Shown: piece by piece, positions 48,855 to 61,161 of the stretch
Position numbering within the stretch: position 1 is the stretch's first letter
How the letters are laid out: each line of letters opens with the position of its first letter
Origin: an uncultured Acidobacteriota bacterium
GTDB taxonomy: Bacteria; Acidobacteriota; Thermoanaerobaculia; Gp7-AA8
DNA length: 64,000 bases
Reading direction: 5' to 3'
Assembly (NCBI GenBank): GCA_963741955.1
Contig: CAVUKB010000004.1
Span: forward strand, 256,001-320,000
Translations under genes and position numbers: made by a program
The notes under the pieces: generated by a model
What the model was told of the DNA's origin: nothing
The model's input: only the letters and a program-made list of their open reading frames with translations
Databases searched by the model: none

Positions 48855-49378
48855 CGCGTCACCTCGTCCAGAGAGAAGTAGATCTCCTGAATCCGTTTGA
48901 GGCATTTGTGAAGGAGTTTCTCCGCATAGCGGTTGGTCGTATCGAGATCCGTTGCCACTTCGGGAGCCGTACATCCTTCGACGAAACGGAGTCGCAACGT
49001 CTCCCGGCACTTCTCCTGAAGTCTTTCCAGTGCCTTCGAGACTGTGAACCGTGCTGCGATGCGGTCGGCCAGAGCGAAGCTCTCATTGTCGACCGCGTCG
49101 AAACCTTCAGGGAGAGAGTCGGAACGATTGCGGGTTCGCCGGTATCGACGGCTTGCGTTGCAGATTGCGCCCACCAGCCACGATCGGACGTCGGCGACCA
49201 GATGGGCCGAGCTCATATACGAGAGAAAAACGTCGTGGGCGAGCGATTCCGCGTCGCCCGCGGGAACATTGAATCGGCGCACCGCGATCCCGCAGAGGAG
49301 ATCGTAGTAGCGGACGTAAATCTGTTCGAGGCTTGCCGTGGCACAAGGTTCATCGGCGATGGCATTCAATGCGGACAC
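48851..49378 (-). CDS. ECF-type sigma-70 factor
   Basis: DAESLAHDVF, SWLVGAICN, region 4 CRETLRLRFVEG...EVA. Confidence 0.88.
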   Translation of the reverse strand: MSALNAIADEPCATASLEQIYVRYYDLLCGIAVRRFNVPAGDAESLAHDVFLSYMSSAHLVADVRSWLVGAICNASRRYRRTRNRSDSLPEGFDAVDNESFALADRIAARFTVSKALERLQEKCRETLRLRFVEGCTAPEVATDLDTTNRYAEKLLHKCLKRIQEIYFSLDEVTR

Positions 49379-49481
49379 GGGCCGCTCCAGGTTTTCGACA
49401 CAGGGCGGTGTCTTCGAGTCGTTTCAACTCGAGCAGCCTACCATTGAGCCGGAGCCGCAACAATCCACCGATCGATAGGAG

Positions 49482-50588
<1,107 letters not shown>

Positions 50589-51134
50589 TCAGGTGTTGAG
50601 AATGAGACTCCTGGGAAATGCGTCCCAGGATGCTCCCCGGATCCGCTTCGTCAGGGCGGGTTCAATGCCCATCAGGCGTTGATACAGCGTCAGCTGTCCC
50701 CGGTGATACATCTCCTGGGCAATTCCGTGATGCATCCACGCGAGACGAGTGCCGGGCTTTCCGTCGAATCGCTCGATGCACTGGAGCATGTGGAGATCGC
50801 CGGCGCGGCGGAACTCCTTCACTCCGTCTGCGAGCGTGCTCCGCAGAGCCTCCAGGAGCTCCTTCCGTGTCTTCAGACCGTAGATGTCGCCGGCGTACAT
50901 CCGAACCAGATCCGGGAACGGCGCACGACGCAGGTCGGTGTCTTTCCGGGTGAGCTCCCCGGTCATCATCAGCGACACTTCCATGATGTGGATGACCAGC
51001 TCCGCAACGTTCCTCACTCCTTCGGCGGGACGGAAATCCATCCGCGACGCCGGGATGTTCTCGAGCTCCGCAATGACGCCTTCGCGAGCGTCGGTCCATG
51101 CGTCGAGGGCTTCGTCGAGCAGTGACTTGAACAT
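50589..51134 (-). CDS. DinB-family protein
   Basis: FRPAEGVRNVAELVIH, EMYHRGQL. Confidence 0.9.
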   Translation of the reverse strand: MFKSLLDEALDAWTDAREGVIAELENIPASRMDFRPAEGVRNVAELVIHIMEVSLMMTGELTRKDTDLRRAPFPDLVRMYAGDIYGLKTRKELLEALRSTLADGVKEFRRAGDLHMLQCIERFDGKPGTRLAWMHHGIAQEMYHRGQLTLYQRLMGIEPALTKRIRGASWDAFPRSLILNT

Positions 51135-51194
51135 CGATTCCTCCTCGTCCTTCCGGCCCGGCGCTCCGTCCGACGGTCCCGGTCCGGAGATGTA

Positions 51195-52733
51195 TTACGG
51201 TTTCTCAGCGCGGTCACGGTCCGATTCGATTCTTCCGTCGCGCGCCCCTTCAATCGTTCCGTTTTCGCGGACGAATTTTTCGAACGCTTCACGAACTTCG
51301 ATGCCCCCGTCGGTCGACTCGCGCGACGCGAAGAATTCGCGGTAGCCGGGCGCGACTCGGGCGAGGTAGTCCGTCACCCCGACCCGGTATCGCGCGGCGG
51401 GGTCGATCGTCTCCCATCCGTCCGCCTGCCGGATTCGGGCCGAAACGAGGGCGTTTCCATCGATGGCGATGCGTGCTCCGGAGATCTGGCAGAACGAGTC
51501 GCTTCCGGCCCGCGATGCGCTGAGCTCGAGCAGCTTGCGGAGCTCCGATCCGGTGAGCTGGTACACCAGAATACGGTTCGGATAGGGGAGGGCTGCCTGG
51601 ATCGTTTCGGTGGGGATGACACCGGGAGGAATCGGCTCACGGAAGCTGCTGGCGGTGGAGAGGAGCAGATCGGTCGCAGTCGCCTGACGAGCGACGTCGA
51701 GCACGAGATCCGCGAGTGCGGAATCTTGCCGCGTCTGGCCCGCGACGCCGATCTCCTTCGACGCCGTCCCGATCGGTACGAAGAGCTTCGCATACCGCGG
51801 GTCGTGCTCGAGATTCCTCTGAAGCTCCTCGACCTTCTGCGCGATTGCACGATCCTCGGGAATCTCCTGTTCCATCCGCACCGGTCCGCCGGTCACGGAG
51901 ACGAGACGGTGATTCCGCACTTCGAGCGTCACCCTGCTGATGTACGTCAGGTATTGAGACGGAGCAACTGTCCAGGTCGACGTTCCCTCGATGCGGTGCA
52001 GTCCGTAAAGGAGATGGCTGTGGGTTCCGAAAATCAGATCGATTCCCGGAACCGCCCGGGCGAGCCGCACGTCGTCTTCCGCCTGTTCGTGGCCGATCAT
52101 CACCACTACGTCCGACTTCTCCTCGTCGCGCAGCCGGCGCACGATCTCCCGGGCCGTCGCGACGGGATCCGCGAAGCGCACGCCGGCGGCGGGAGCGCGG
52201 TCGGCTCCGACCAGCTTCGGGAAGTCCGGCCCCGCGACCGCGAACACACCGATGCGGATTCCCTCCCGCACGAAGAGCGCGTACGGTTTTCCGTCCACCA
52301 GGAAGAGCGGACGCCCGTCGCTGCCCAGGACATTCGCGCCGAGGATCGGATAGTCGATGCTGGTGCGGCAGCGCGCGAACTCGTCCGGACCGTAATCCGC
52401 GTCGTGATTGCCGAACGCCATCGCGTCGACGACCCCATTGAACCACTTCCACTCCACGCAGTGATAGGCATCGGACCATGCCGGCGCACCCTTGTTCATC
52501 ATGTCGCCGCCGCTGAAGACGAGGGTGTCGCGACGCGAAGCGCGGGGGCGAAGCCAGGCGACGGCCCGGGAGATCCCGGCCGCGTCGCGATCGCCGTCGC
52601 TGTAGAACGGGACCGCGTGCGAGTGATAGTCGGAAAAGTGGAGAAGTGTCACCCGGGCGCCGTCCGGCGCGGCCGCGGAGCGGCAGGAACCCAGGAGTGT
52701 CAGCAGAAGGATGGTGAAGAGGAGTCGTCGCAT
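51195..52733 (-). CDS. 5'-nucleotidase/UDP-sugar hydrolase lipoprotein
   Basis: Lipobox LGSC, DYH, GD, GNHD, HSH, C-terminal DYLA. Confidence 0.9.
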   Translation of the reverse strand: MRRLLFTILLLTLLGSCRSAAAPDGARVTLLHFSDYHSHAVPFYSDGDRDAAGISRAVAWLRPRASRRDTLVFSGGDMMNKGAPAWSDAYHCVEWKWFNGVVDAMAFGNHDADYGPDEFARCRTSIDYPILGANVLGSDGRPLFLVDGKPYALFVREGIRIGVFAVAGPDFPKLVGADRAPAAGVRFADPVATAREIVRRLRDEEKSDVVVMIGHEQAEDDVRLARAVPGIDLIFGTHSHLLYGLHRIEGTSTWTVAPSQYLTYISRVTLEVRNHRLVSVTGGPVRMEQEIPEDRAIAQKVEELQRNLEHDPRYAKLFVPIGTASKEIGVAGQTRQDSALADLVLDVARQATATDLLLSTASSFREPIPPGVIPTETIQAALPYPNRILVYQLTGSELRKLLELSASRAGSDSFCQISGARIAIDGNALVSARIRQADGWETIDPAARYRVGVTDYLARVAPGYREFFASRESTDGGIEVREAFEKFVRENGTIEGARDGRIESDRDRAEKP

Positions 52734-52860
52734 GATCGGTCGAACTTCGGTGGGCCATTGTACGCCGTACGTGGAGGCCGGTCTGCCGCGCTCGGGCTAT
52801 GCGCGCGCTCGCGATAGAATGCCGCCCGAAGTAACGCAACGAAACCAATGAGGAGTCCTG

Positions 52861-54240
52861 ATGCCAAACGAAAATGATTCGAAGCAGTACGCCGCATTCG
52901 CCCGGCGCGAACGCGATGCGTTCGAAAATCTCCTGACTGAATTCGTCGAAATTCCGACCGTGTCCGCACAGCCGGAACACAAGAAGGACATCAAGCGAGG
53001 CGCCGACTTCGCGGTCGCCGCCATCCGGCAGGCCGGGGGGAAAGCGCAGGTGTTCAAGACCGCCGGAAATCCGATCGTCTACGGCTCGTTCGACGTGAGC
53101 AAGTCCGCGCCGACCGTCACCATCTACAACCATCTCGACGTGCAGCCGGCGTCGAAAGCGACCGAGCCGTGGGAGACGGAGCCTTTCAAGCTGGTGAAGA
53201 AGGGCGATCGCTACTTCGGCCGCGGCACCACAGACGACAAGGGCCCGGCGCTGACTGCCCTCTTCGGCGCGGTCGCGGCACGCGAAGCTGGTGTCCCGGT
53301 CAACGTCCGTTTCCTCTGGGAAATGGAAGAAGAGATCGGCTCGCCGAGCTTCGAAGCCGCGATCCGCAACGCCGGCTCGAAAATCGACACGGATTCGGTC
53401 CTCGTCTGCGACACCATCTGGATCTCGCGAAAGCAGCCGGCCTGCCCCGCGGGACTGCGTGGCGTGCAGGGATTCGAGATGAGCCTGCAGACCGCCGCGA
53501 CCGACATCCACTCCGGGACCACCGGAGGGGCGGCGCGCAATCCACTGGGCGAGATGATGAAGCTGGTCTCCCAGATGTACGACGCAACGACCGGCAAGGT
53601 GAAGATCCCCGGCTTCTACGACGAGGTTCGCCCGGTTTCCGCCGAGGAAGCGGACGAGTTCCGTCGCTCCGGTTTCTCCATCCGGCAGTTCAAGAAGGAT
53701 CACCTCCTCAAGTCGATCCGGGCGAAAACCGACCTCGATGCGATGAAGCGTCTCTGGGCGCTCCCCACCATGGAGATTCACGGCGTAGTCGGTGGTTACA
53801 CCGGTCCCGGAATCAAGACGGTCATCCCGCCCAGCGCCTCGGTGAAGGTGTCGTGCCGCCTGGTTCCCGACCAGGATCCGAAACGGATCATCCGGCTCGT
53901 TCGCGACTTCGTGAAGAAGCACAATCCGGACGTGAAGCTCGAGTTCGAGTCGAGCATGTATCCCTACCTCGCCCCGACCACCGGACCTCTCGCCGATGCG
54001 GTGCGGCGCGCGATGGGTGCCGCATTCGGAACCGAGCCGGTCTTCGTCCGCGAAGGAGGGTCGATCGGAGCCGTGGTCTCGATGGAAAAAGTCCTCCGCA
54101 AGCCGATCCTCTTTCTCGGGCTCTCGCTCCCGGAGCACGGCTACCACGCCCCGAACGAGAACTACGACTGGCGGCAGGCGAAAGGCGGCATGGTCGCATT
54201 CGCGAAGTACTTCGAGGAGCTCGCCCGGATCGGCAAGTAG
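52861..54240 (+). CDS. M20-family dipeptidase (Dug1/CNDP-like)
   Basis: HLDVQP, GRGTTDDKG, EEEIGS, HSG, GGSI, HAPNE. Confidence 0.93.
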   Translation: MPNENDSKQYAAFARRERDAFENLLTEFVEIPTVSAQPEHKKDIKRGADFAVAAIRQAGGKAQVFKTAGNPIVYGSFDVSKSAPTVTIYNHLDVQPASKATEPWETEPFKLVKKGDRYFGRGTTDDKGPALTALFGAVAAREAGVPVNVRFLWEMEEEIGSPSFEAAIRNAGSKIDTDSVLVCDTIWISRKQPACPAGLRGVQGFEMSLQTAATDIHSGTTGGAARNPLGEMMKLVSQMYDATTGKVKIPGFYDEVRPVSAEEADEFRRSGFSIRQFKKDHLLKSIRAKTDLDAMKRLWALPTMEIHGVVGGYTGPGIKTVIPPSASVKVSCRLVPDQDPKRIIRLVRDFVKKHNPDVKLEFESSMYPYLAPTTGPLADAVRRAMGAAFGTEPVFVREGGSIGAVVSMEKVLRKPILFLGLSLPEHGYHAPNENYDWRQAKGGMVAFAKYFEELARIGK

Positions 54241-54398
54241 CCTCACCGGCGAGATGCCGCGATGCGGCGCGCATCGCGCTCCAGCCGGAGACCGGGATGA
54301 ACGGCGCCGGAGAGACTCTCGAGATGCAGACCAGAGGGGGAGGGGCCGAGTGGCTCCTCCACCGGCGGGCCGGGAAGGTTCACCCTTTCCGGTCCGCC

Positions 54399-54414
54399 CG
54401 GCATTCCGATTGCA
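54399..54414 (+). promoter_or_regulatory. sigma54-type promoter
   Basis: CGGCATTCCGATTGCA (GG-N10-GC). Confidence 0.55.
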
Positions 54415-54639
54415 TCGGCAGCAGCGCAATGCGGTTCACCACGCTAAGACCTTCCAGATTCAGGACTTCGGACCGGCAATAACGGGAAGCGAAGGCGCTT
54501 CCGGGAATAGGCTCGAACGGCCATGGACTTGACGACGCGTTGGGAAATGTTCAAACTCTCCCGGTTTCGAGCAATCCCGAACGCAAGGCCTGATCCGGGT
54601 GCAGGACCCGTGAATCGGCCGGAAAAATCCGGTGAAAAC

Positions 54640-54705
54640 TTGACAAGTGCCCCTGAGCAGTTTAGAAGGTCACATCATTTTTTCACGTCACAATGCCTTG
54701 TGACG
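54640..54705 (+). promoter_or_regulatory. sigma70-like promoter and palindromic operator upstream of actA
   Basis: TTGACA-17-TAGAAG, then CGTCACAA-TGCC-TTGTGACG at 54686-54705. Confidence 0.5.
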
Positions 54706-54759
54706 GCGTCCAACCATTCCACGTTCGCTAAGCCACAGAAGAGGTAGACGGAACTCGCG

Positions 54760-55413
54760 ATGCAGATTTTCCATCGTAGCTCGAATGCTCTTGCCCGTAT
54801 CAGCATCCTCGCTCTGGTCTTTCTGGTCGCCTTCGCATTCTGGGTCCTTGCCGCCATCAACCAGTCGCCGTTCGCGACGAGGCAGGACGTGTTCACCGAA
54901 CAGCCGGTTCCCTTCAGCCACCAGCATCACGTCACCGGCCTCGGGATCGATTGCCGTTATTGCCATACCTCGGTCGAGACCTCTTCCTTCGCGGGAATCC
55001 CGCCGATCTCCACGTGCATGAACTGTCACAAACAGATCTGGACGAACGCCCAGCTCCTCGAGCCGATTCGCAACGCATTCCGTACCGGCGTTCCGATTCA
55101 GTGGATTCGGGTCAACCAGCTCCCCGACTACGTCCAGTTCAACCACAGTATTCACATCAACAAGGGCATCGGATGCGTCTCGTGTCACGGGCGCGTCGAT
55201 CTGATGCCTTTGACCTATCAGGCCCAGCCTCTGACGATGGGGTGGTGTCTCAGCTGCCACAAGCATCCCGAGAAATTCATCCGTCCGAAAGATCGCGTGT
55301 TCGACCTGGCCTGGAAGCCGGGTCCGGAAAAGCCGCAGTCGGTGCTGGGGCCGGAGCTGGTGAAGCTCTACAACGTCAAGTCGAAGACCAATTGCTCGAC
55401 GTGTCACTACTGA
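54760..55413 (+). CDS. actA: Alternative complex III pentaheme cytochrome c
   Basis: N-terminal TM helix and five CxxCH motifs. Confidence 0.93.
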   Translation: MQIFHRSSNALARISILALVFLVAFAFWVLAAINQSPFATRQDVFTEQPVPFSHQHHVTGLGIDCRYCHTSVETSSFAGIPPISTCMNCHKQIWTNAQLLEPIRNAFRTGVPIQWIRVNQLPDYVQFNHSIHINKGIGCVSCHGRVDLMPLTYQAQPLTMGWCLSCHKHPEKFIRPKDRVFDLAWKPGPEKPQSVLGPELVKLYNVKSKTNCSTCHY

Positions 55414-55544
55414 TACGCCGAGGATGCGATTGAGTGAACGCTCCGACCCGGGAGCCCTGCGTTTTCCGGGGAGGGACAGACGGACAGCGTAGTTCGACCG
55501 GAGTCGGCGAGGAATTCGTCCGGCCGGTTCATGACGGAAACGAG

Positions 55545-58534
55545 ATGACGAACGACAACCAGCAGCTCGATCTGGCAACTTTCACCTCGCGGGTCAATCC
55601 TGACGGGCGTCCCGAATACTGGCGCACGCTCGACCAGCTGGCCCAGGATTCGGCCGTCGCCGAGTTCCTCCACTACGAATTCCCCCAGCAGGCCGCGCCG
55701 ATGGCCGATGGAGTCGACCGGCGCGATTTTCTCCGGCTGATGGGTGCTTCGTTCGCCATGGCGGGGCTTGCCGCATGTGCGCGTCCGATCGAAAAGATCG
55801 TCCCGTACGTGAACATGCCGGAGGAGGTGATCCCCGGAAAGCCGCTCTTCTTCGCCACCGCTTCGACGTTCGGCGACAGCGGGCTCGGTCTTCTCGTCGA
55901 GAGCCACATGGGCCGTCCGACCAAGATCGAAGGAAATCCCACTCATCCGGCGAGTCTCGGTGCGACCGACACGTTCGCGCAGGCCTCGGTGCTCTCTCTG
56001 TACGATCCGGACCGTTCACCCGCAGTGCGGCATCTCGGTGAGATCTCGACGTACAACAACTTCCTCTCCGATCTCCAGCCGCGGCTCGCGCTGGCGAAGA
56101 ATTCCGGAGGGAAGGGGGTCCGTCTTCTCACCGACACCATCGTCTCGCCGACGCTCGGCGAGCAGATTCAGAAGTTCCGGCAGCTGTATCCGCAGGCGGT
56201 CTGGCACCAGTTCGAGCCGGCCAACCGCGACAACGCGCGCGAGGGCGCGCGCATGGTCTTCGGCCGTTACGTCAACCCCGTCTACCACTTCGATCAGGCG
56301 GACCTGGTCCTCTCGTTCGACAGTGATTTTCTCGCCTACGGTCCGGGAAGCGTCCGTTACGCGCACGATTTCTCCGAGCGGCGGCGGGTTCGTTCCGGAG
56401 GGCAGGCTTCGATGAGCCGCGTCTATGCGGTCGAGTCGATGCCGACTTCCACCGGGGCGATCGCCGATCACCGGATCCCTCTCCGCGCCTCCGAGGTGGA
56501 GACGTTCGCGCGGGCACTGGCGCGGCAACTCGGGATCTCCGTCGAAGCGGGGGAGGTCCCGGCCTCTGCGGCAGCCATGGTGGGGCCGATCGCGGCCGAC
56601 CTCCGGAAGCACGCAGGACGGGTGATCGTCATCGCCGGCGATCATCAGAGTCCGGCGGTGCACGCCATCGCCCATTCGATGAACGGACTGCTCGGCGGAG
56701 CGGGGAAGACGGTCACGTACACCGAGCCCATCGAAGTCGAAGCGATGAACCAGGGAGCTTCCCTCGCTCAGCTGGTGCAGGAGATGAACGCCGGACAGGT
56801 CGAGACTCTGCTGATCATGAACACCAATCCGGTATTCGACGCTCCGGCCGATCTCCGGTTCGCCGATGCGATGAAGAAGGTCAGGTTCCGCGCCCAGCTG
56901 AGTCTCTACTACGACGAGACCTCGGAGCTCTGTGACTGGCATGTTCCGGCGACGCATTTTCTCGAGCACTGGAGTGACACGCGCGCGTACGACGGTACCG
57001 CCGCGATCGTGCAGCCTCTGATCGCGCCGCTCTACAACGGGAGGTCTCCTCACGAAGCTGCTCGCGGCGATGACCGACGATGCCCGCGAGCCGTACGCGA
57101 TCGTCCGCGATCACTGGCGGTCGCACGCCGGTGGGATGGCGTTCGATTCGACGTGGGAGAAATGGCTGAACGACGGAGTCATCCCCGGAACGGCGGCTCC
57201 GGCCATCCAACTCGCCGCCGGATCTCGCCACTCTCCCCGCGCAGCAGAACGGCGGGGGAGATTTCGAGCTGATGTTCCGTCCCGACCCGACCATCTGGGA
57301 TGGCCGCTTTGCGAACAACGCGTGGTTGCAGGAGCTGCCCAAGCCGTTCATGAAGACGGTGTGGGACAACGCTCTGGTGATGAACCCGATCACCGCCTCG
57401 AAGATGAATCTGACGGACGAGGACACCGTGGAGCTCCGCCGCGGCAACGCCACGGTCACCCTTCCGATCTACCGGCTGGCCGGCCATCCGGAAGACTCGG
57501 CGACCGCGTACTTCGGCTACGGCCGCCGCCGGGCGGGGCGGGTGGGCGACAAGGTCGGGTTCGACGTCTATCCGCTCCGGACGACGAACGCACTCTGGTC
57601 CACGCGCGAGGTCGAGATGCGCAAGACCGGGGAAAAGTACCGTCTGGCGATGACCCAGCATCACTTCATGCTCGATTCCGACTGGACCGACAAGCGGGCG
57701 ATCGTTCGCGAGGGCTCTCTCGAGGAGTACAGACGAAACCCGGAGTTCGCGCAGGAGATGTCCGAGGGACCGATTCTCGGCGGACCGACGCTGTACCCGA
57801 ACGATCATCCCTACACCGGCTATGCGTGGGGGATGGTCATCGACACGACGGTGTGTACCGGGTGCCAGGCGTGCGTCATCGCATGCGTCTCGGAGAACAA
57901 CATCGCGGTAGTGGGTAAGAAGGAAGTGATGCGGGGCCGTGAGATGTACTGGCTCCGGATCGACAACTACTACCGTGGCGACATGACCAATCCGACCATT
58001 TTCACCCAGCCGATTCCGTGTATGCATTGCGAGAACGCACCGTGTGAGCCGGTCTGCCCGGTCGAGGCGACCACGCACAGTCCGGAGGGCATCAACGAGA
58101 TGACCTACAACCGGTGTGTGGGGACCCGCTACTGCTCCAACAACTGTCCCTACAAAGTGCGGCGGTTCAACTTCTTCCAGTACTCGGATTACGAGACGCC
58201 GAGCCTGAAGGGGATGCGGAATCCCGACGTGACGGTGCGGACGCGCGGAGTGATGGAGAAGTGCACCTACTGCGTGCAGCGCGTCAACGCCGCACGGATC
58301 GAGGCGGAAAAGGCGGACCGGAAGATCCGGGACGGCGAGATCATCACCGCCTGCCAGCAGGCCTGTCCCACGAACGCGATCGTCTTCGGTGACATCAACG
58401 ACAACAGCAGTCACGTGTCGAAGCTCAAGGCCGAGCCGACGAACTACGGACTGGTGGTGGAGCTGAATACCCGGCCACGCACGACCTATCTGGCGACGAT
58501 TCGTAACCCGAATTCGGAGATCAAAGCGGAGTAG
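55545..58534 (+). CDS. actB: Alternative complex III subunit B (molybdopterin-like + 4Fe-4S) with two frameshifts (about 57055 and 57208)
   Basis: YWRTL, Tat motif [18 protein letters not shown]; [28 protein letters not shown]. Confidence 0.9.
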
Positions 58535-58536
58535 AT

Positions 58537-59958
58537 ATGGCCGTCGAAAGTCCTGACAAGAACCTGGACCGGTTCCAGCGAATCCCGACCATCGGTCCGG
58601 GTCATACCTTCGGTACGATCACTGACAAGATCAGTTCGATCGTCCTGACCACCAAGACTCCGCGAGGATGGTTCGTCGGGTTCACCATCGCCTTCCTGGT
58701 GGTGATGATGATGCTCTATGCGATCGGCGGCCTCCTTTACTGGGGCGTCGGGGTGTGGGGCATCAACATTCCGGTGGGCTGGGGTTTCGCCATCGTGAAC
58801 TTCGTCTGGTGGATCGGTATCGGCCACGCCGGAACGCTGATCTCCGCGATTCTCCTCCTCCTGCATCAGGACTGGAGAACTTCCATCAACCGTTTCGCGG
58901 AAGCGATGACGCTCTTCGCGGTCGCCTGCGCGGGCCTCTTTCCGCTGCTGCACGTAGGCCGTCCGTGGTTCGCGTACTGGCTCTTCCCGTACCCGAACGT
59001 GATGGGACTCTGGCCGCAGTTCCGCAGCCCGCTGATCTGGGACGTCTTCGCGGTCTCGACCTACGGAACCGTCTCGCTCCTCTTCTGGTTCGTCGGGCTG
59101 ATCCCCGATCTCGCAACGCTGCGCGACCGCGCGAAACACCGCGTCCCGCAGGTGATCTACGGGGCACTCTCGCTCGGCTGGCGCGGTTCCGCACGTCACT
59201 GGTACCGCTACGAGACCGCCTACCTCCTTCTGGCCGGTCTCTCCACACCGCTGGTCCTGTCGGTGCACACCGTGGTCAGCTTCGACTTCGCTGTGGCGAT
59301 CGTTCCCGGGTGGCATTCGACGTTCTTTCCTCCGTACTTCGTCGCCGGCGCCATCTACTCGGGATTCGCGATGGTCATCACCCTCGCCGTTCCGATCCGG
59401 AAGGCGTTCGGTCTGGAAGACTTCATCACCATCCGGCATCTCGAGAACATGGGGAAGATCATGCTGGCGACCGGAATGATCGTCGCCTACGCATACGTGA
59501 TGGAGATCTTCTACGCCTGGTACAGCGGAAACATCTACGAGCGATTCATGATGCTCAACCGCCAGACCGGGCCCTACGCGGTCAGCTACGCGATCCTGGT
59601 TCTCTGCAACATCATCACCCCGCAGCTCCTCTGGTCGAAGAAGGTGCGCACCACGCCGATCGTCCTCTTCCTCATCTCCCTGGTGGTCAACACCGGGATG
59701 TGGCTGGAACGGTTCGTGATCGTCGTGACCAGTCTCCACCGCGACTTCCTTCCGTCGTCGTGGGACATGTACTACCCGACCTCCTGGGACATCATGCTGT
59801 TCGTCGGAACGCTCGGGTTCTTCACCCTCCTGCTGTTCCTCTTCATCCGACTGCTGCCGATGATCTCGATCTTCGAGATGAGAACGCTGGTACCCGAAGC
59901 GGAGATCCACCACCGCGTCATAGCTCACCAGCTGACCGAGCGTGAGGAGGGCGAGTGA
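58537..59958 (+). CDS. actC: Alternative complex III subunit C (NrfD family)
   Basis: [38 protein letters not shown]. Confidence 0.95.
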   Translation: MAVESPDKNLDRFQRIPTIGPGHTFGTITDKISSIVLTTKTPRGWFVGFTIAFLVVMMMLYAIGGLLYWGVGVWGINIPVGWGFAIVNFVWWIGIGHAGTLISAILLLLHQDWRTSINRFAEAMTLFAVACAGLFPLLHVGRPWFAYWLFPYPNVMGLWPQFRSPLIWDVFAVSTYGTVSLLFWFVGLIPDLATLRDRAKHRVPQVIYGALSLGWRGSARHWYRYETAYLLLAGLSTPLVLSVHTVVSFDFAVAIVPGWHSTFFPPYFVAGAIYSGFAMVITLAVPIRKAFGLEDFITIRHLENMGKIMLATGMIVAYAYVMEIFYAWYSGNIYERFMMLNRQTGPYAVSYAILVLCNIITPQLLWSKKVRTTPIVLFLISLVVNTGMWLERFVIVVTSLHRDFLPSSWDMYYPTSWDIMLFVGTLGFFTLLLFLFIRLLPMISIFEMRTLVPEAEIHHRVIAHQLTEREEGE

Positions 59959-60500
59959 CGATGAGAGAGAAGCACCACATCTACGGGCTCGTCGCGGAAT
60001 TCGAGACTCCGACCGCGCTGCTCCACGCGGCTCACGCGGCCCGCGAGCACGGGTTCAAGAAGCTCGACGCGTTCTCGCCGTTCCCCATTCACGGACTGAA
60101 CGACGCAGTCGGGTTTCCGAAGACCTGGATGCCGCTGATCGTTCTCTGCGGCGGGATCTTCGGTGGGGTGGGCGGATTCTTCATGCAGTGGTTCGCCAAC
60201 GTGGTGCATCTGCCGCTGAACATCGGCGGAAAGCCGTTCAACAGCTGGCCGGCGTTCATTCCGATCACGTTCGAGATGACGGTGCTCTTCGCCGCGCTGG
60301 CGGCGGTCTTCGGGATGCTGGCACTGAACGGGTTTCCCCGTCCTTATCACCCGCTTTTCAACGTGCCGCGCTTCGCATTCGCGTCGCGCGATCGCTTCTT
60401 CCTCTGCATCGAATCGGAGGACGAGAAATTCGATCCCCGGAAGACCCGCGACTTCCTCGCCGGTCTCGGTCCCGTCGAGGTGTCCGATGTCCCCTGGTGA
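59955..60500 (+). CDS. actD: Alternative complex III subunit D (DUF3341)
   Basis: [22 protein letters not shown]. Confidence 0.93.
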   Translation: MTMREKHHIYGLVAEFETPTALLHAAHAAREHGFKKLDAFSPFPIHGLNDAVGFPKTWMPLIVLCGGIFGGVGGFFMQWFANVVHLPLNIGGKPFNSWPAFIPITFEMTVLFAALAAVFGMLALNGFPRPYHPLFNVPRFAFASRDRFFLCIESEDEKFDPRKTRDFLAGLGPVEVSDVPW

Positions 60501-60537
60501 CCGGACGCCGAATCCCGCGGAAGTGGATGAACGAGAG

Positions 60538-61161
60538 ATGATGAACGAAACGATCAGAGCGAGATCTTTGGCCCGGACGGCGCTGGTGCGATTCGCGCTC
60601 GCGTGCCTGCTGGCCGGATCGATGGTGGCCTGCCGGCTGCCGCAGAAGATGGGCCAGCAGCCGCAGTACGATCCGTACGAAGCGAGCTCCTTCTGGGCCG
60701 ATGGGAATTCCGCCCGCCCGCTGGTGCAGGGGACCGTGGCGCGAGGCACATTGCACGACGATCCGTTCCTCTACACGGGGAAGGTCAACGGACAGCTGGT
60801 CGACAGCTTTCCTTTCCCGATCGACGACGCAGTGATGGCGCGCGGACAACAGCGTTTCAATATCTATTGTTCTCCCTGCCACAGCATGATGGGCGACGGG
60901 AACGGGATGATCGTCCAGCGCGGTTACCGCCGTCCCCCCTCGTACCACACCGAGAAGCTCCGCACCATGCCGGTGGGACACTTCTTCGACGTGATCACCA
61001 ACGGGTTCGGAGCGATGCCGGCCTACGGACCCATGATTCCGGTTCGCGACCGCTGGGCGATCGTCGCCTACGTCCGCGCGCTGCAGTTCAGCCAGAATGC
61101 CACGCTCGCCGATCTCACTCCGGCCGAACGTGAACGACTACTCGCCGGAGGAACTCACTGA
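60538..61161 (+). CDS. actE: Alternative complex III monoheme cytochrome c lipoprotein
   Basis: Lipobox MVAC, GTVARG, CSPCH, DRWAIVAYVRALQ. Confidence 0.92.
   Translation: MMNETIRARSLARTALVRFALACLLAGSMVACRLPQKMGQQPQYDPYEASSFWADGNSARPLVQGTVARGTLHDDPFLYTGKVNGQLVDSFPFPIDDAVMARGQQRFNIYCSPCHSMMGDGNGMIVQRGYRRPPSYHTEKLRTMPVGHFFDVITNGFGAMPAYGPMIPVRDRWAIVAYVRALQFSQNATLADLTPAERERLLAGGTH

Noticed and set aside
55545-58534. Naturally split ActB1/ActB2 or programmed frameshifting
   Set aside because: The breaks fall inside the molybdopterin-like domain, lack slippery sequences, and are each repaired by deleting one duplicated base.
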